This document shows, piece by piece, positions 39,715 to 52,084 of a DNA stretch of 64,000 bases. Source of the stretch: Octopus sinensis (taxonomy: Eukaryota); the NCBI RefSeq assembly GCF_006345805.1, contig NC_043000.1:84878001-84942000 (forward strand), read 5' to 3'. A model generated the notes under the pieces. It worked only from the letters and a program-made list of their open reading frames with translations. It was not told the DNA's origin and ran no database searches. Every line of letters begins with the position of its first letter. Position 1 is the stretch's first letter. The translations under genes and the position numbers were made by a program.

Positions 39715-40645
39715 ACAATGAAACATCCCCGGTTCTAAATAGGAAATATACGTAGTAGGTAATCATACCCCCCCCCCATACCCACAGTTTATATTTATAT
39801 ACAGGTAGAATAGATAGTGAGCTGATATGCAGATGTTCGCGTGTGTGTGTGTTTGTGTGTGTGTATGCGTCTATGTATATGCACTTGTACGTAGGCAAAT
39901 GGATATTAATGTAAACAGACAGTCATACAGACGAATAGGTACGTAAGTAATATGAACTGGCAAGTGCTCATACACACATACGCAAATGAAGATCGAAACA
40001 GATGACCATAAACACACACACTTCACTTCACACAAGGACACATATGGAGACATACATCCATACATGCAGATACTGTACATACTCTCAAAAACCTATGCAA
40101 AGACACACTCCGACATGCACACACAAGGAGACAGAGGTACACACAAACACACACGCAAACACACACAGACATAAAAAATACATACGCACATAAAAAGCAC
40201 ACAGACACAAACATACAAACACATGAATATGCAGAATACATACATACGAAAGTACACGCATACATACAGATATACATACGCACTCGCGCACACACACACA
40301 TACATGCATACATATATACATACATGATGGCTGCCCCCTCATTATCGAATATGGCGATTGCACGAAGCTTAACGAACATACATACATACATACATACATA
40401 CATACATACATACATACATACATACATACATACATACATACATACATACATACATGTGTATGCGCACACACATTGACCCACATACATGCGCACAAACAAA
40501 CAAAAAGAACGCAGCTCAGATAACGGACAAAGTCAACGACTATTGAAAAGGTTGCGAAACGCAACGAAAATTTGAGGAAAAATAGATAAATAAATGGATG
40601 GGAACTTTACCGGTGAGTGTGTTAAATTATAAGGCACTAAAAGAG
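39715..40645 (+). mobile_element. Inverted copy of the PLE 3' UTR/pLTR extending to the U3-A8 hammerhead-like motif
   Basis: Homologous to 38750->37628, then continues into the repeat shared with 29520-29650. Confidence 0.7.
40540..40576 (+). ncRNA. Candidate U3-A8 hammerhead, copy 2
   Basis: CUA-UUGAAAA-G-GUUGC-GAAAC-GCAAC-GAAA-AUUU-GAG; loop II changed, stem II kept, stem I weakened. Confidence 0.35.
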
Positions 40646-40689
40646 AATGACTCTCTTCAGACATAAATATGTGTGTGTGTATGTGTATG

Positions 40690-40776
<87 letters not shown>

Positions 40777-40954
40777 ATGTATATATTCATATATATATAC
40801 GTATATATATATATAGTTATATATCTATAACTATAGGTGTGTATGTAGGAAAGAGAGTATGTTTGTCTGTAATACATGTATACTTACACATACGGACGTA
40901 CCTATGTATATCCAAAAAATATACACACGTACAGAAACACATGCATACATAGGT

Positions 40955-41162
40955 ACTCTTTTACTTGTTTCAGTCATTTGACTGCGGCCATGCTGGAGCA
41001 CCGCCTTTAGTCGAACAAATCGACTCCAGGATTTATTCTTTGGAAGCCTAGTACTTATTCCATCAGTATCTTTTGCCGAACCACTAAGTTACGGGGTCGT
41101 AAACACACCACCATCGGTTGTCAAGCGATGTTGTGGGGACAAACACAGACACACAAACATAT

Positions 41163-41210
<48 letters not shown>

Positions 41211-41372
41211 GACGGGCTTCTTTCAGTTTCCGTCTACCAAATCCACTCACAAAGGTTTCGTCGGCCCGGGGCTATAGTAGAGGACACTTGCCCAAGATGC
41301 CACGCAGTGGGTATGAACTCGAAACTATGTTGTTGGTAAGCAAGCTACTTACCACTCAGCCACTCCTGGGCT
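40955..41372 (-). mobile_element. SINE family D, copy 5
   Basis: Full-length reverse-complement homolog of 29673-30077. Confidence 0.88.
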
Positions 41373-41403
41373 TATAACATACACATAATCCACCACAAAC
41401 ACA

Positions 41404-41451
<48 letters not shown>

Positions 41452-41719
41452 CTCGTTTTCTCCTTGTTCCTTATATACAGGAAACAATTACAAGCCATTC
41501 ATTATCCTTGCTGTCTTCTCTATTTTAATGGATTCCGCTTTCAATTGACCTAACACACACACGCACCCACACACCACACACACACACACGCTAAACACAC
41601 ATAATATTGTATATGTGTGTGTTTGCGTGTGTGCGTGCGTATTAATGTATATGTACCTATGTACGTATCTATTTATGTATGTATTCACGTGCTTATGTAT
41701 GTGTGTGTGAATACATGTA

Positions 41720-42000
41720 CGTATGCATGTATCTGGTCTGCAAGATTCTTTATGTGAATTCGTGTGTTAAACATATTTCATTGTCTGGGGAGACTCATTC
41801 TTTTTAATCAATTAAAACACTCACCTGTTCCATTTTGACTCGTTTACTTATTTATTTTTACTAAAATTTCCGTTGTGTCTTGCAACCTTATCAATAGTCG
41901 TTGACTCTGACCGTTATCAGAGTTGCGTTCTTTTTCCTTGTTTGTTTGGGCGCTTATGTGCGTCATTGTGCATGTGTATACACATTTGTATGCATGTATA
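41720..42000 (-). mobile_element. PLE-type terminal repeat fragment with a degraded U3-A8 motif (41860-41898)
   Basis: ACUA-UUGAUAA-G-GUUGC-AAGAC-ACAAC-GGAA-AUUU-UAGU; homologous to 40450-40645 and 29335-29650. Confidence 0.7.
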
Positions 42001-42061
42001 TATGTATGTGTATATGTATGTATGTATGAATGTATGTGTGTATGCATATACATATATATAT

Positions 42062-42184
42062 ACATATAATTTACTTTCTGTCGCTAAGTTTTCGTAGTAT
42101 TAATTTGCGAGCGTACTTCAGTTGTCAATTGTTGAAACAAAGAAATTGTAAGCTAAGAAGGTGTTGTGTGTGTGTGTGTGTGTG

Positions 42185-42232
<48 letters not shown>

Positions 42233-42418
42233 GTGTGTGTTGTGTGTGTGTGTGTAGGAAGTGAACGATAAAAATATGGCAAGAAGTGGACAGATGTACA
42301 TATATATTTTTCCGTGTTAATTGTTAACAAGGTAAAATACACTCATCTATTTATATATACATATATATATATGGAAAGCGGACGTTAAACGATGATCCGT
42401 GATCCTGAACGATATATA

Positions 42419-42457
<39 letters not shown>

Positions 42458-43145
42458 AAAGCGGACGTTAAACGATGATCCGTGATCCTGAACGATATAT
42501 ATGTATATATATACTAGCAGTATCGCCCGGCGTTGCTCGGGTTTGTTTCGACCCGCTGGAATTGGAATTTTTGAAAAGTAAAAATTTTGCATTATGTAGC
42601 TTGTTATTCTCTTCAAGTGAACATTTTTCTGGTTGAAATACACCAAAAAGTGGCGACATAGCAGTGAAAAAATCGTAAAACCTAGGGAATTTTCATAGAA
42701 AAAAGCACCTTTTTGATGTAAATAATTTTTGGTGTTAACATGGTCCGATTTGAATTTTATCTGCTACGGAAGGAAGAGCAACCCTTCTTCAATTTTTGTT
42801 AACTTGCGCCGCAGGGTCTCGGAGGAGATAGTGTTAGTTGAAGGTTACCAAACCTGGCGCAAACAGACAACTTCAGCTTTATATAGAGAGAAATAACACA
42901 CACACATTAATCCACATACACACACACACATGTATGTATGTATGGATGTATGTATGTATATATGTACAACTGTCCACTTCTTGCCATATTTTTATCGTTC
43001 ACTTCCTACACACACACACATACGCGCGCGCACGCACACACACACACACACACTCACACACACCTTCTTAGCTTACAATTTCTTTGTTTCAACAATTGAC
43101 AACTGAAGTACGCTCGCAAACTTAGCGACAGAAAGTAAATTAAAA
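42062..43145. repeat. Inverted repeat pair (42062-42310 / 42955-43145) enclosing a Helitron
   Basis: Two unique blocks (~90 bp and ~55 bp) match in inverted orientation. Confidence 0.85.
42514..42887 (-). mobile_element. Non-autonomous Helitron (H1-type 3' end, different body)
   Basis: Same hairpin-CTAG 3' terminus as H1; 5' TCTATAT; unrelated interior. Confidence 0.75.
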
Positions 43146-43387
43146 ACCAATTTACCTTTTCTGTTGAGTTATCATGGCAATTCGAGCGTCTGATTTCCCT
43201 AAATCCGTATCTTTTCTTCAACTGAACTTACTTCCTATCGTTTCTTAAAGTCCTTTGTGAAATCTAGGAGTGCTTTTTTTTTGTGTTTTCAGGAGAAAGT
43301 TTTGTTTCCTCGACACTAAAAACTAACGGGAAGTAGACAACAGTCCCAGTACAATTAGTCTAATAGTGTAACTCATAATCTGAGCGG

Positions 43388-44175
43388 CTAGCATCTACTC
43401 ACCATATGTCAGTGAATTGTTGGTGCGTGTCTGCAAATGTGTTCGAATGAGAACGTGAATTGTGTTTGGCGCCTTTTTTACTAATAACAAACACACACGT
43501 CAGTGTGTGTTTGAGTGTTTGTATGTAGTTGTTTGAAACGTTTGTGTTTGTCACTGTCATATATGTATATGTTTGCAAGGAGTAAAGCATTTGAAATGAG
43601 AGAGGGAAATCGTAAAATATTGAGTTTTATCGAATTTTTGCTTAATTGGGGGTCAAATTGAAAGAAATTCATATGCCATGACCCAATGAAATGTACTTCG
43701 AAAAATCATAGGTAAATTCCAATTGAAGAAATTGTGTGAGGAGTAAATCGTTATGTATTTATTTGTTTCTGTTTCCTGTGTATTTTTTAGAAGTGGTTGA
43801 AGGTACACTTGCAACGAGAAAGTAGGAGAAAGTGTGGCAAGTAAATCGTTATGTATTTATTTGTTTCTGTTTCCTGTGTATTTTTTTTTTTTTGAGTAGT
43901 GGTTGAAAGTACACTTGCAAAGAGAAAGTAGGAGAAAGTGTGGTAATAGAGGGAGTGAAGCAGTTGAAATTAAAGAGGCAAATCGTAAAATATTTAGTTT
44001 TCTCGAATTTTTGCTTAATTGGGGGTCAAATTGAAAAAAATTTATATGCCATGACCCAATCGAATGTACTTCGAAAAATCATAGGTAAATTCCAATTAAA
44101 GAAATTCTATATTGTACAATTGTATTAAAAACAAACTATGTGGGAGGCAGAGAAAATTTGCCTTTTATCATAAGA
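43388..44175 (-). mobile_element. Helitron-like element (family H3) with internal duplications
   Basis: 5' TCTTATGATAAAAGGCAAATTTT is homologous to 45180-45358; ~105-bp and ~130-bp internal repeats; 3' end uncertain. Confidence 0.5.
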
Positions 44176-44579
44176 CTAGGAGTATCGCCCGGCGTTGCTC
44201 GGCGTTGTAAGGGAAATAACTATATAAGCATTTTTAGAGAGTTATAGCCAAAAAATAGCAAAAAAATGCATTAAAAATTGAAAAAAAATGAAGGTAATTT
44301 TTTTTTAAATCGTTGACACATCGTAGATATTTTAGAGAGTTACTTCCCTTATATAAAAGCGAAAAAAATGCCTTAAAATGGAACAAAATGGAAAAATATG
44401 ATGGTAAATTTTTTTAAAATCGTAGACTCATCGTAGACGCGCGCTAATACCCAGAAGGGCTCGATATGAATCACGACTATAAGATACCCGCTTTTGGTTA
44501 AACTGCACCGCAAAATGTGGGAGTAGTTACGAATCTAAATCGAAGGGGACAGACACACAACTTCACTCTTATATAAAGA
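44176..44579 (-). mobile_element. Non-autonomous Helitron H1 variant
   Basis: TCTTTATAT...hairpin-CTAG; homologous to 24256 and 35725. Confidence 0.85.
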
Positions 44580-45179
44580 TGCTTTTTTTTTTTTCAGTCA
44601 TAGAGGTTAGATTTATGAAGGTCTTCAGTAGAAAATCCTTCGATGCTGACTCGCTGCTTGATATAATGAAATTCGTATCCATTTTTTGTCAGAATTACAA
44701 ATTTGAAAACACAATAGGAACAAATTTCGGAAAAAATCTCCCATAATTCACGGAATTAAAATTACACTTCGATTTTTTGTACAAGACTGTATTTGAAGTG
44801 TTTACGAAGTATAATACGTGTTTTCACGAATGTACTAAGAGATTTACTCTGATATTCTCATTTAAATATGAATAGTAAATTCGGGCGGTTTGGTAACGAA
44901 AGGGTTTATATAAGTGTCGTCTGTTTATACATAAACACTGTTTCATACTTTAGTTTGTAGTCTTGCTCAATCACTCTGTCGCTAATTTACTCTCTTCCAA
45001 GAACATTTTCACTCACTGTTATCAGTTAGCTTCCCATACATTTTACTCATGTATCTATCAGCGTGATAGACAGAAACAATTTACATTTACTTTCATTTTA
45101 TTCGTCGCACACTGTGTGTGTGCGTTTGCGTGTGGTGTAAACCAGACTAAGAAAAGCATTTGACACACACACCAGAATG

Positions 45180-45358
45180 TGAGTTTTCTGTAAATTTTGC
45201 TTAATTGGAGTTTAAATTTAAAAAACTGGACCTGGCATGACGCGATGCATTGTACTCTCAAAAATGCTAGGTAAATTGTAATTGAAGAAATCCTATATTG
45301 TAGATTTGTATAACTCCCAAAGGGAGGCATATAAAATCTGCCTTTTATAATAAGAGAT
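45180..45358 (-). mobile_element. Helitron-like H3 5' fragment with tandemly reiterated terminus
   Basis: TCTCTTATTATAAAAGGCAG start; taataagagat units repeat to ~45405. Confidence 0.5.
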
Positions 45359-45485
45359 TATAATAAGAGATAAGAGATTATAATAAGAGATAAGAGATAT
45401 ATATATATCAGACAGAGAGAGGGGGATGGATATATATATATATATATATACATAGATGTATATATGTAAATAGACATGTATGTAG

Positions 45486-45524
<39 letters not shown>

Positions 45525-45528
<4 letters not shown>

Positions 45529-45742
45529 CTTTACTGCCCACAAGGGGCTAAACATAGAGGGACAAACAAGGACCGGGAATTACAATGACCCCAGTTGCAA
45601 CACTGGTACTTTATTTATCGACCCCGAAAGTATGAAAGGCAAAGTCGACCTCAACGGAATTTGAACTCAGAACATAACGACAGACGAAATACCGCTACAC
45701 ATTTCGCCCGGCGCGCTAACGTTTCTGCCAGCTCGCCACCTT
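45525..45742 (-). mobile_element. SINE family B, full copy
   Basis: Head ggtggcgagctggcagaaacgttagc, B-box-like gagttcaaattcc, conserved core and tail. Confidence 0.85.
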
Positions 45743-45760
45743 ATATATATTATAATATAT

Positions 45761-45818
<58 letters not shown>

Positions 45819-45830
45819 TATATATATATC

Positions 45831-45888
<58 letters not shown>

Positions 45889-46030
45889 GTATATCACATT
45901 ATATATATATATATGTATATACATATAGATATATAATATGTATATACATATATATATATATATGTATATACATATATTATATATGTATATACATATATAT
46001 ATATTATATATGTATATATATATATATATA

Positions 46031-46383
46031 TAATTTCAACAATTGAGGGCAAAATTAATTAATTATTAATCAATTTCACCAAGTGTTCAGTATGCAAAGG
46101 GACCATTCAAGGCGAATTCAAATTATTACATTATATAAAAGGGCTTAGTATTAGAAATTCAAATTATTACATTATATAAAAGGGCTTAAGTATTAGAAAT
46201 AGCTTTAAAAAAGTTTTTTAGCTGCTATTTCTAATGAGTCAGTATGGCGGCAAAGTAATTATTTTACTAAGCCCTTTTATATAATGTATAATTTGAATTC
46301 GCCTTGAATGGTCCCTTTGCATACTGAACACTTGGTGAAATTGATTAATAATTAATTAATTTTGCCCTCAATTGTTGAAATTA
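46031..46383. repeat. Foldback element: ~120-bp near-perfect inverted repeat with inner duplication and nested hairpin
   Basis: Arms 46031-46150 and 46265-46383; the middle segment is repeated at 46725-46825; embedded in AT tracts. Confidence 0.9.
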
Positions 46384-46824
46384 TAATTAATCTCCCTCTG
46401 ATTAATGCTTCGGATTTTACCGAAATAAGCTAGTGTTTGATGATTTTAACCCACGCTGGTGGAAAGGGGAGACAGAGATTCTTCGCTTGCTTATTTGAAT
46501 TTGTTGGCACTGTTAGTTACGAGCAGATCTTCGAAAGGGTTGTTCTTATTTCAGTGTTTCCAAATCCAAACCAAGGAATTTCTGAGCTATATGATAGAAG
46601 TGTTGTTTTGACTAATCTTGAAACGTACGTTCTCAAATAACCTTAGCATTTGATTTTTCGATGTCCTTACCCCCAAACTTTTGTGAGTTGAATTAAGCAA
46701 ACACTATATATGAGAGAGATTTTCTTTAAGTATTAGAATAGCTTTAAAAAAGTTTTTTAGCTGCTATTTCTAATGAGTTCAGTATGCGGCAAAGTAATTT
46801 TTTTACTAAGCCCTTTTATATAAT

Positions 46825-47069
46825 TATATATATATATATGTATATACCTATATATAAGAATGTATATACATATATAATATATATGATATACATATATATA
46901 TATATGTATATTATAATATATATAATATTGTAATACATATATATAGATATATGTATATATATATATATATTATATCTATATATATTACATATATATATAT
47001 ATATATATATCTATTATTATGTATATTATATATATATATAATATATATATATGTTATATATATATATGG

Positions 47070-47137
<68 letters not shown>

Positions 47138-47164
47138 GATGTATCTAAAATATATATATATATA

Positions 47165-47213
<49 letters not shown>

Positions 47214-47340
47214 ATATATGTATATATCTATATATATATGTATAATATAATATATGTATATATATATATATATATATGTGTATATATATATATTATATAT
47301 ATATATATATGTGTATATATATATATATAATATATATATG
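46825..47340. repeat. Long degenerate (TA)n tract
   Basis: Directly visible. Confidence 0.95.
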
Positions 47341-47566
47341 TTTAGGCATATCCATAATGTATGCATTCATGAATGCATGTGTGTGTATTTATATATAAAT
47401 GAAGATCTATGTTTGTATATGCTGTGTGTATGCCTTCGTATGCATTCGATATTATTTATATTTGTAGATGTGTATGCGCGTCTGCGTGCTTTTGTATAAA
47501 ACTGTTTCTGTTTTTGTATTATCTAACATCATACACACATTCAAAAACACAAACACACACGCACTC

Positions 47567-47599
<33 letters not shown>

Positions 47600-48369
47600 T
47601 CCATACAAAATCACAAGTGGTGACAGGTTTTGTTTTGTTTTATTTTTTGTTTTTTATTTTGCTGTTGTTTTTTATCGCACCCAATCACTACAGAACTTAA
47701 AGGAGCTCGGTTACTGAAAGTGGAACTTAACCTAACTATAGAATCAACAGAGAAAGCTTAAATGGAATAAATAACGTGATGGTGATGATAACTTCTTTCG
47801 GAACTAAAGACTCCATAGTATATCATTTGCCATTCTGATACGTATACGTTTGCCTCTTTTATACGCAAATTGGTGAATGTATATGGAAGCTATACTCGGT
47901 ACGTGCAGGTGTATATCACGCCTACTTGTCTACCTCTATGTTGGAAATGCTATGTTGTATGTATATATACGTTCATTATTTATCTATGTTAGGGTTTGTG
48001 TATATATGTATGCTTATTCTGAAATAACTGCGCGTGTATGAGGCACAGTACATATATATATATATATATACATACATACATGCGCATACATACATACATA
48101 CATGCATGCATGCATGCATGCATACATACATACATACATACATACATACATACATGCATGCATGCATGCATACATACATACATACATACATACATACATG
48201 CATACATACATACATGCATGCATGCATGCATACATACATGCATACATACATAATATGTATGCATGCATACATACATGCATACCATACGTAATATGTATCA
48301 GAGATAAATTTTGATTAATCTGATAAAGTCAATTTCTTGGATGCACTTTGACCACAGTCTATGGGTCAC

Positions 48370-49313
48370 TGTCATGTTCTGGTAGTGGGCAGATTCAGCA
48401 CACCGAGATTGTAGGGCGTGATATGTACAATACCAAGTATGCCCTCACTGGGTGTTCAAAATGGCCGTTCACTGTCGGTACATGGAGTGCATGAGGCGGT
48501 TCACAAAAGCCATTGGCACATGTACCCACACCCTGAGTAAAGCTGCCTCCAGTTCCACACGAGTTGTCGACCTTCAGACCACCTGGTTCAGCCGTCCCTG
48601 TATTTCATCTCACAGGTGTTCATTTGGGTTCAAATCCGGCTGAGAGCCGGCCACAACATGGTTCTGATGTTGTGCTGACAAATGAAGTCCATGGTGACCC
48701 TGGCCATGTGGAAGGGAGCATTGTCATGCTGGAAAACTTGGTTATGGTGACGCGCAAAGAAGGGCACGTGTGAGGTGTTAGGATCTGGTCAACGTAGCGC
48801 TGTGCTGTGATGTCATTCCCTCTGCCTGCATCAACATTTTAGAACACATGGGGCCCAGTTATCTGATTCAGACCTATAGCACCCGAAACCATGATTCTTT
48901 GGCCACCCCACACGTCTCTCTCCATGACACATGCGTCTCTGTAGCGTTCACCCCTCCTACACCATGCCATCCGAGGTGGAAATACAGTACCGGCTCTCGT
49001 CAAATAAGACTATCGACTTCTGTTGCTCATGCCGCCAATGTCGGTGCTGTGTAGCCCACTGTGGTCGGGCCTGACGATGGCGGAAGGTGAGGGCAGGCCC
49101 ACGAGCAGGACGACGACAACGCAGGTTGTTGGCGACCAGTCGACGTCGTTGATAGGTCGCTGTCCAGTGCCAATCAATGGTCTCGCGAGCTGTCACGCTG
49201 GCCGGTTTGGTGGATGAAGTGGTCCTGCCTGGGCGTGTTCAACCGGGACGCCCTCTGCGGGCCTTTCGCAACAACCAGGGCACGTTGCCCTGCTTGCAAT
49301 CGGCCGATGGCTT

Positions 49314-49369
<56 letters not shown>

Positions 49370-49372
49370 TCT

Positions 49373-49415
<43 letters not shown>

Positions 49416-49470
49416 GCGCTACTGACAATCCGGTCATACCTGATTCGTCCAAATTACGAATCTGTAACAT
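48370..49470 (-). mobile_element. Degraded Tc1-like (DD34E) transposon
   Basis: VLFDESRY, FQHDNAP, WPALSPDLNPNEHL; N-terminal QRE..QAIGRLQAG; TIRs not located. Confidence 0.85.
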
Positions 49471-49871
49471 AGATTGGACACTACAAGGACAGACAAGACT
49501 GCACAAACAAAAAGGTGTGGGAAAAAACGAAAGAAAATGGATTCATGATACAAGATGAAAAAGGCGAAATAATGACTACAGGGGCACCACGACTCACGCA
49601 ACATCATTGAACCTTGTACAAGCAATTAACAAACATGCACAATTATAAGCTTACTGTAATCACCATGGGGTGATATAGAGTTCCAACTTAATTATTGTGA
49701 ATAACTAGTAATTTCCAAAGAACACATTTCGAAAAGGGGTAACAAAAATAAATTAAAGATCCATGCAATAAGTTTGAGCTCGTTATGTATTCAGTTGTGA
49801 AAGGATTGATATCTGAATCTCAGCATGTGGTCAAGGTGGGTTTTCTGGGGGATGTTGGTGGTGTGATATCC

Positions 49872-50283
49872 TATAGTCATGATTAATATCGAGCCCGTCT
49901 GGCTATTAGCGCGCGTCTACGATGAGTCTACGATTTTAAAAATAATTTAACATCATTTTTTATTCCATTTTAATGCATAATTTTTCGTGTGTCGATGACG
50001 GCGGAGTTGGCGTCCACGCTCAAACACCTGCACCTGTGTTTGCTTCTCCCCCTTCTTCCCTCCCTCGTGAAGCTGTGGGGAAGGGAGTTTAAGGAAATCA
50101 ACGTCGTAATGCATTGTCAAGGAGACGAGCGTTCATTTAGAACAACGACTTCATGGCTTGAAGACACCAAAACAGAAATGGCTAAGAAAGCCCGAATTGG
50201 CATCTATAAAGGAAGTAACTCTCTAAAAATGCTTATATAGTTATTTCCTTACAAACCCGAGCAACGCCGGGCGATACTGCTAG
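49872..50283 (+). mobile_element. Helitron H1, 5'-truncated, first unit of a tandem
   Basis: Ends hairpin-CTAG at 50280-50283. Confidence 0.85.
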
Positions 50284-50813
50284 TCTATATATATAAAACT
50301 GTAGTTGTGTGAGTGTCTGTCTCTTACGATTTAGATTCCTAACTACTCCCACATTTTGCGGTGCAGTTTAACCAAATTCGGGTATCTTATAGTCGTGATT
50401 CATATCGAGCCCGTCTGGGTATTAGCGCGCGTCTACGATGAGTCTACGATTTTAAAAATAATTTAACATCATTTTTTTCCATTTTAACGCATATTTTTTC
50501 GTGTGTCGATGGCGGCGGAGTTGGCGTCCATGGTCACACCTGCACCTGTGTTGCTTCTCCCCCTTCTTCCCTGCCTCGTGAAGCTGTGGGGAAGGGAGTG
50601 TAAGGAAATCAACGTCGTAAAGCGTTGTCAAGGAGACTAGCGTTCTTTTAGAACAACGACTTCATGGCTTGAAGACACTGAGTCAACGATTTTTAAAAAA
50701 ATTACCATCATTTTTTATTCCATTTTTAATGCATTTTTTTGCTATAACTCTCTAAAAATGCTTATATAGTTATTTCCCTTACAAACCCGAGCAACGAAGG
50801 GTGATACTGCTAG
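50284..50813 (+). mobile_element. Helitron H1, complete, second unit of the tandem
   Basis: TCTATATATATAAAACTG start immediately after CTAG; ends CTAG at 50810-50813. Confidence 0.88.
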
Positions 50814-52084
50814 TATATATATATATACATGCATACACACATATACATATACATATATACATACATATATACATACATACATACATACATACATACATAC
50901 ATACATACATACATACATACATACACACATACATGCATACATACATACATACATACATACATACAATGTATGGTCCATTTGTGCTGCTAGAAATAGATCG
51001 TGCGTCGCCTCAGTTATAGGTGGGGGATGGTGAATGAATCAATGTGTTTATCTGTGACCAACATTCTTTGTTCGTTGTTGGTTTTTAAAGACAAAAAACA
51101 CCAGGAAGTGCAATTGTATTGGCAATATGTTGGAAGTGCTTGTGAACAGATATACATATATGAGTGTATGTGAGAGAGAGAGAGAGTGAGAGATAGAGAG
51201 AGAGAGAGAGAGGTAGAGGGAGGGAAGGAGCGATTGTTTACATATCTAATGTATGTGCGCGCGCTTTATGTCAAATAATGTGTAAATGATTAAGTGTATG
51301 TGTAGGAATGAATGTATGGTTATTTGTTTGTGAGTGTGTGTGTGCATATGTAACAATAAGTGATTAAATGTGTGATTGAATGGCCGTTTGTAAGTAGATG
51401 TGTGAGAAGTAGCTGTCCATATGTGCGTGTGTGTGTATATGAAGGAAGGAGAGAATGTGTGTGAGTGTGAGTGTGTGTGTGTGTGTGTGCGTGTGTGTGT
51501 GTGTGTGTGCGTGTGTGTGTGTGTGTGTGCGTGTGTGTGTGCGTGTGCTGATGAGTCACATAGCATGGCCGATCCCCCGAATTATTTCTACCTGTGGATT
51601 TATTTTGAGGTCAGCTTAATTTGAAAGGCAAGTTTAAAGTAGGTGGGTGACGCAGACACAGAGAGAGAGAGACAGACAGACAAAGGCAAGGGAGGCGGGA
51701 AGAGGTGAAATAAGAGGAAAGAGTTGAAGGAAGAGGGAAGAGGTGAAAACAATACAGATAGAGAAGGAGCAGCGTGGGGAACGAATGATAAAACAGTGAG
51801 GCAATCAAAAATGTCAATGTAACATACGTTACTATTGACTCACGTTTGACGTAGTAATGTCGATTGTGTACACGCACCAGTGTGCCAATACGTATACACA
51901 CACACACACATATATATATAATGATATAAATACACCCATGCATCCATATATATAATATTCACACTCACAAATATTTATTTATATCTATGTATGCACACAC
52001 TCAATATTTATTTATGTCTATGTATACACAAACATACACATAAATCTAGGTCGTAGTACGATGTTAGTTCAACTGAGATATTTA

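Noticed and set aside
51548-51585. CTGATGA followed by a GTCA/TGGC stem
   Set aside because: No GAAA box or cleavage triplet follows, and the strand is opposite to the nearby pyrimidine-rich UTR-like sequence.
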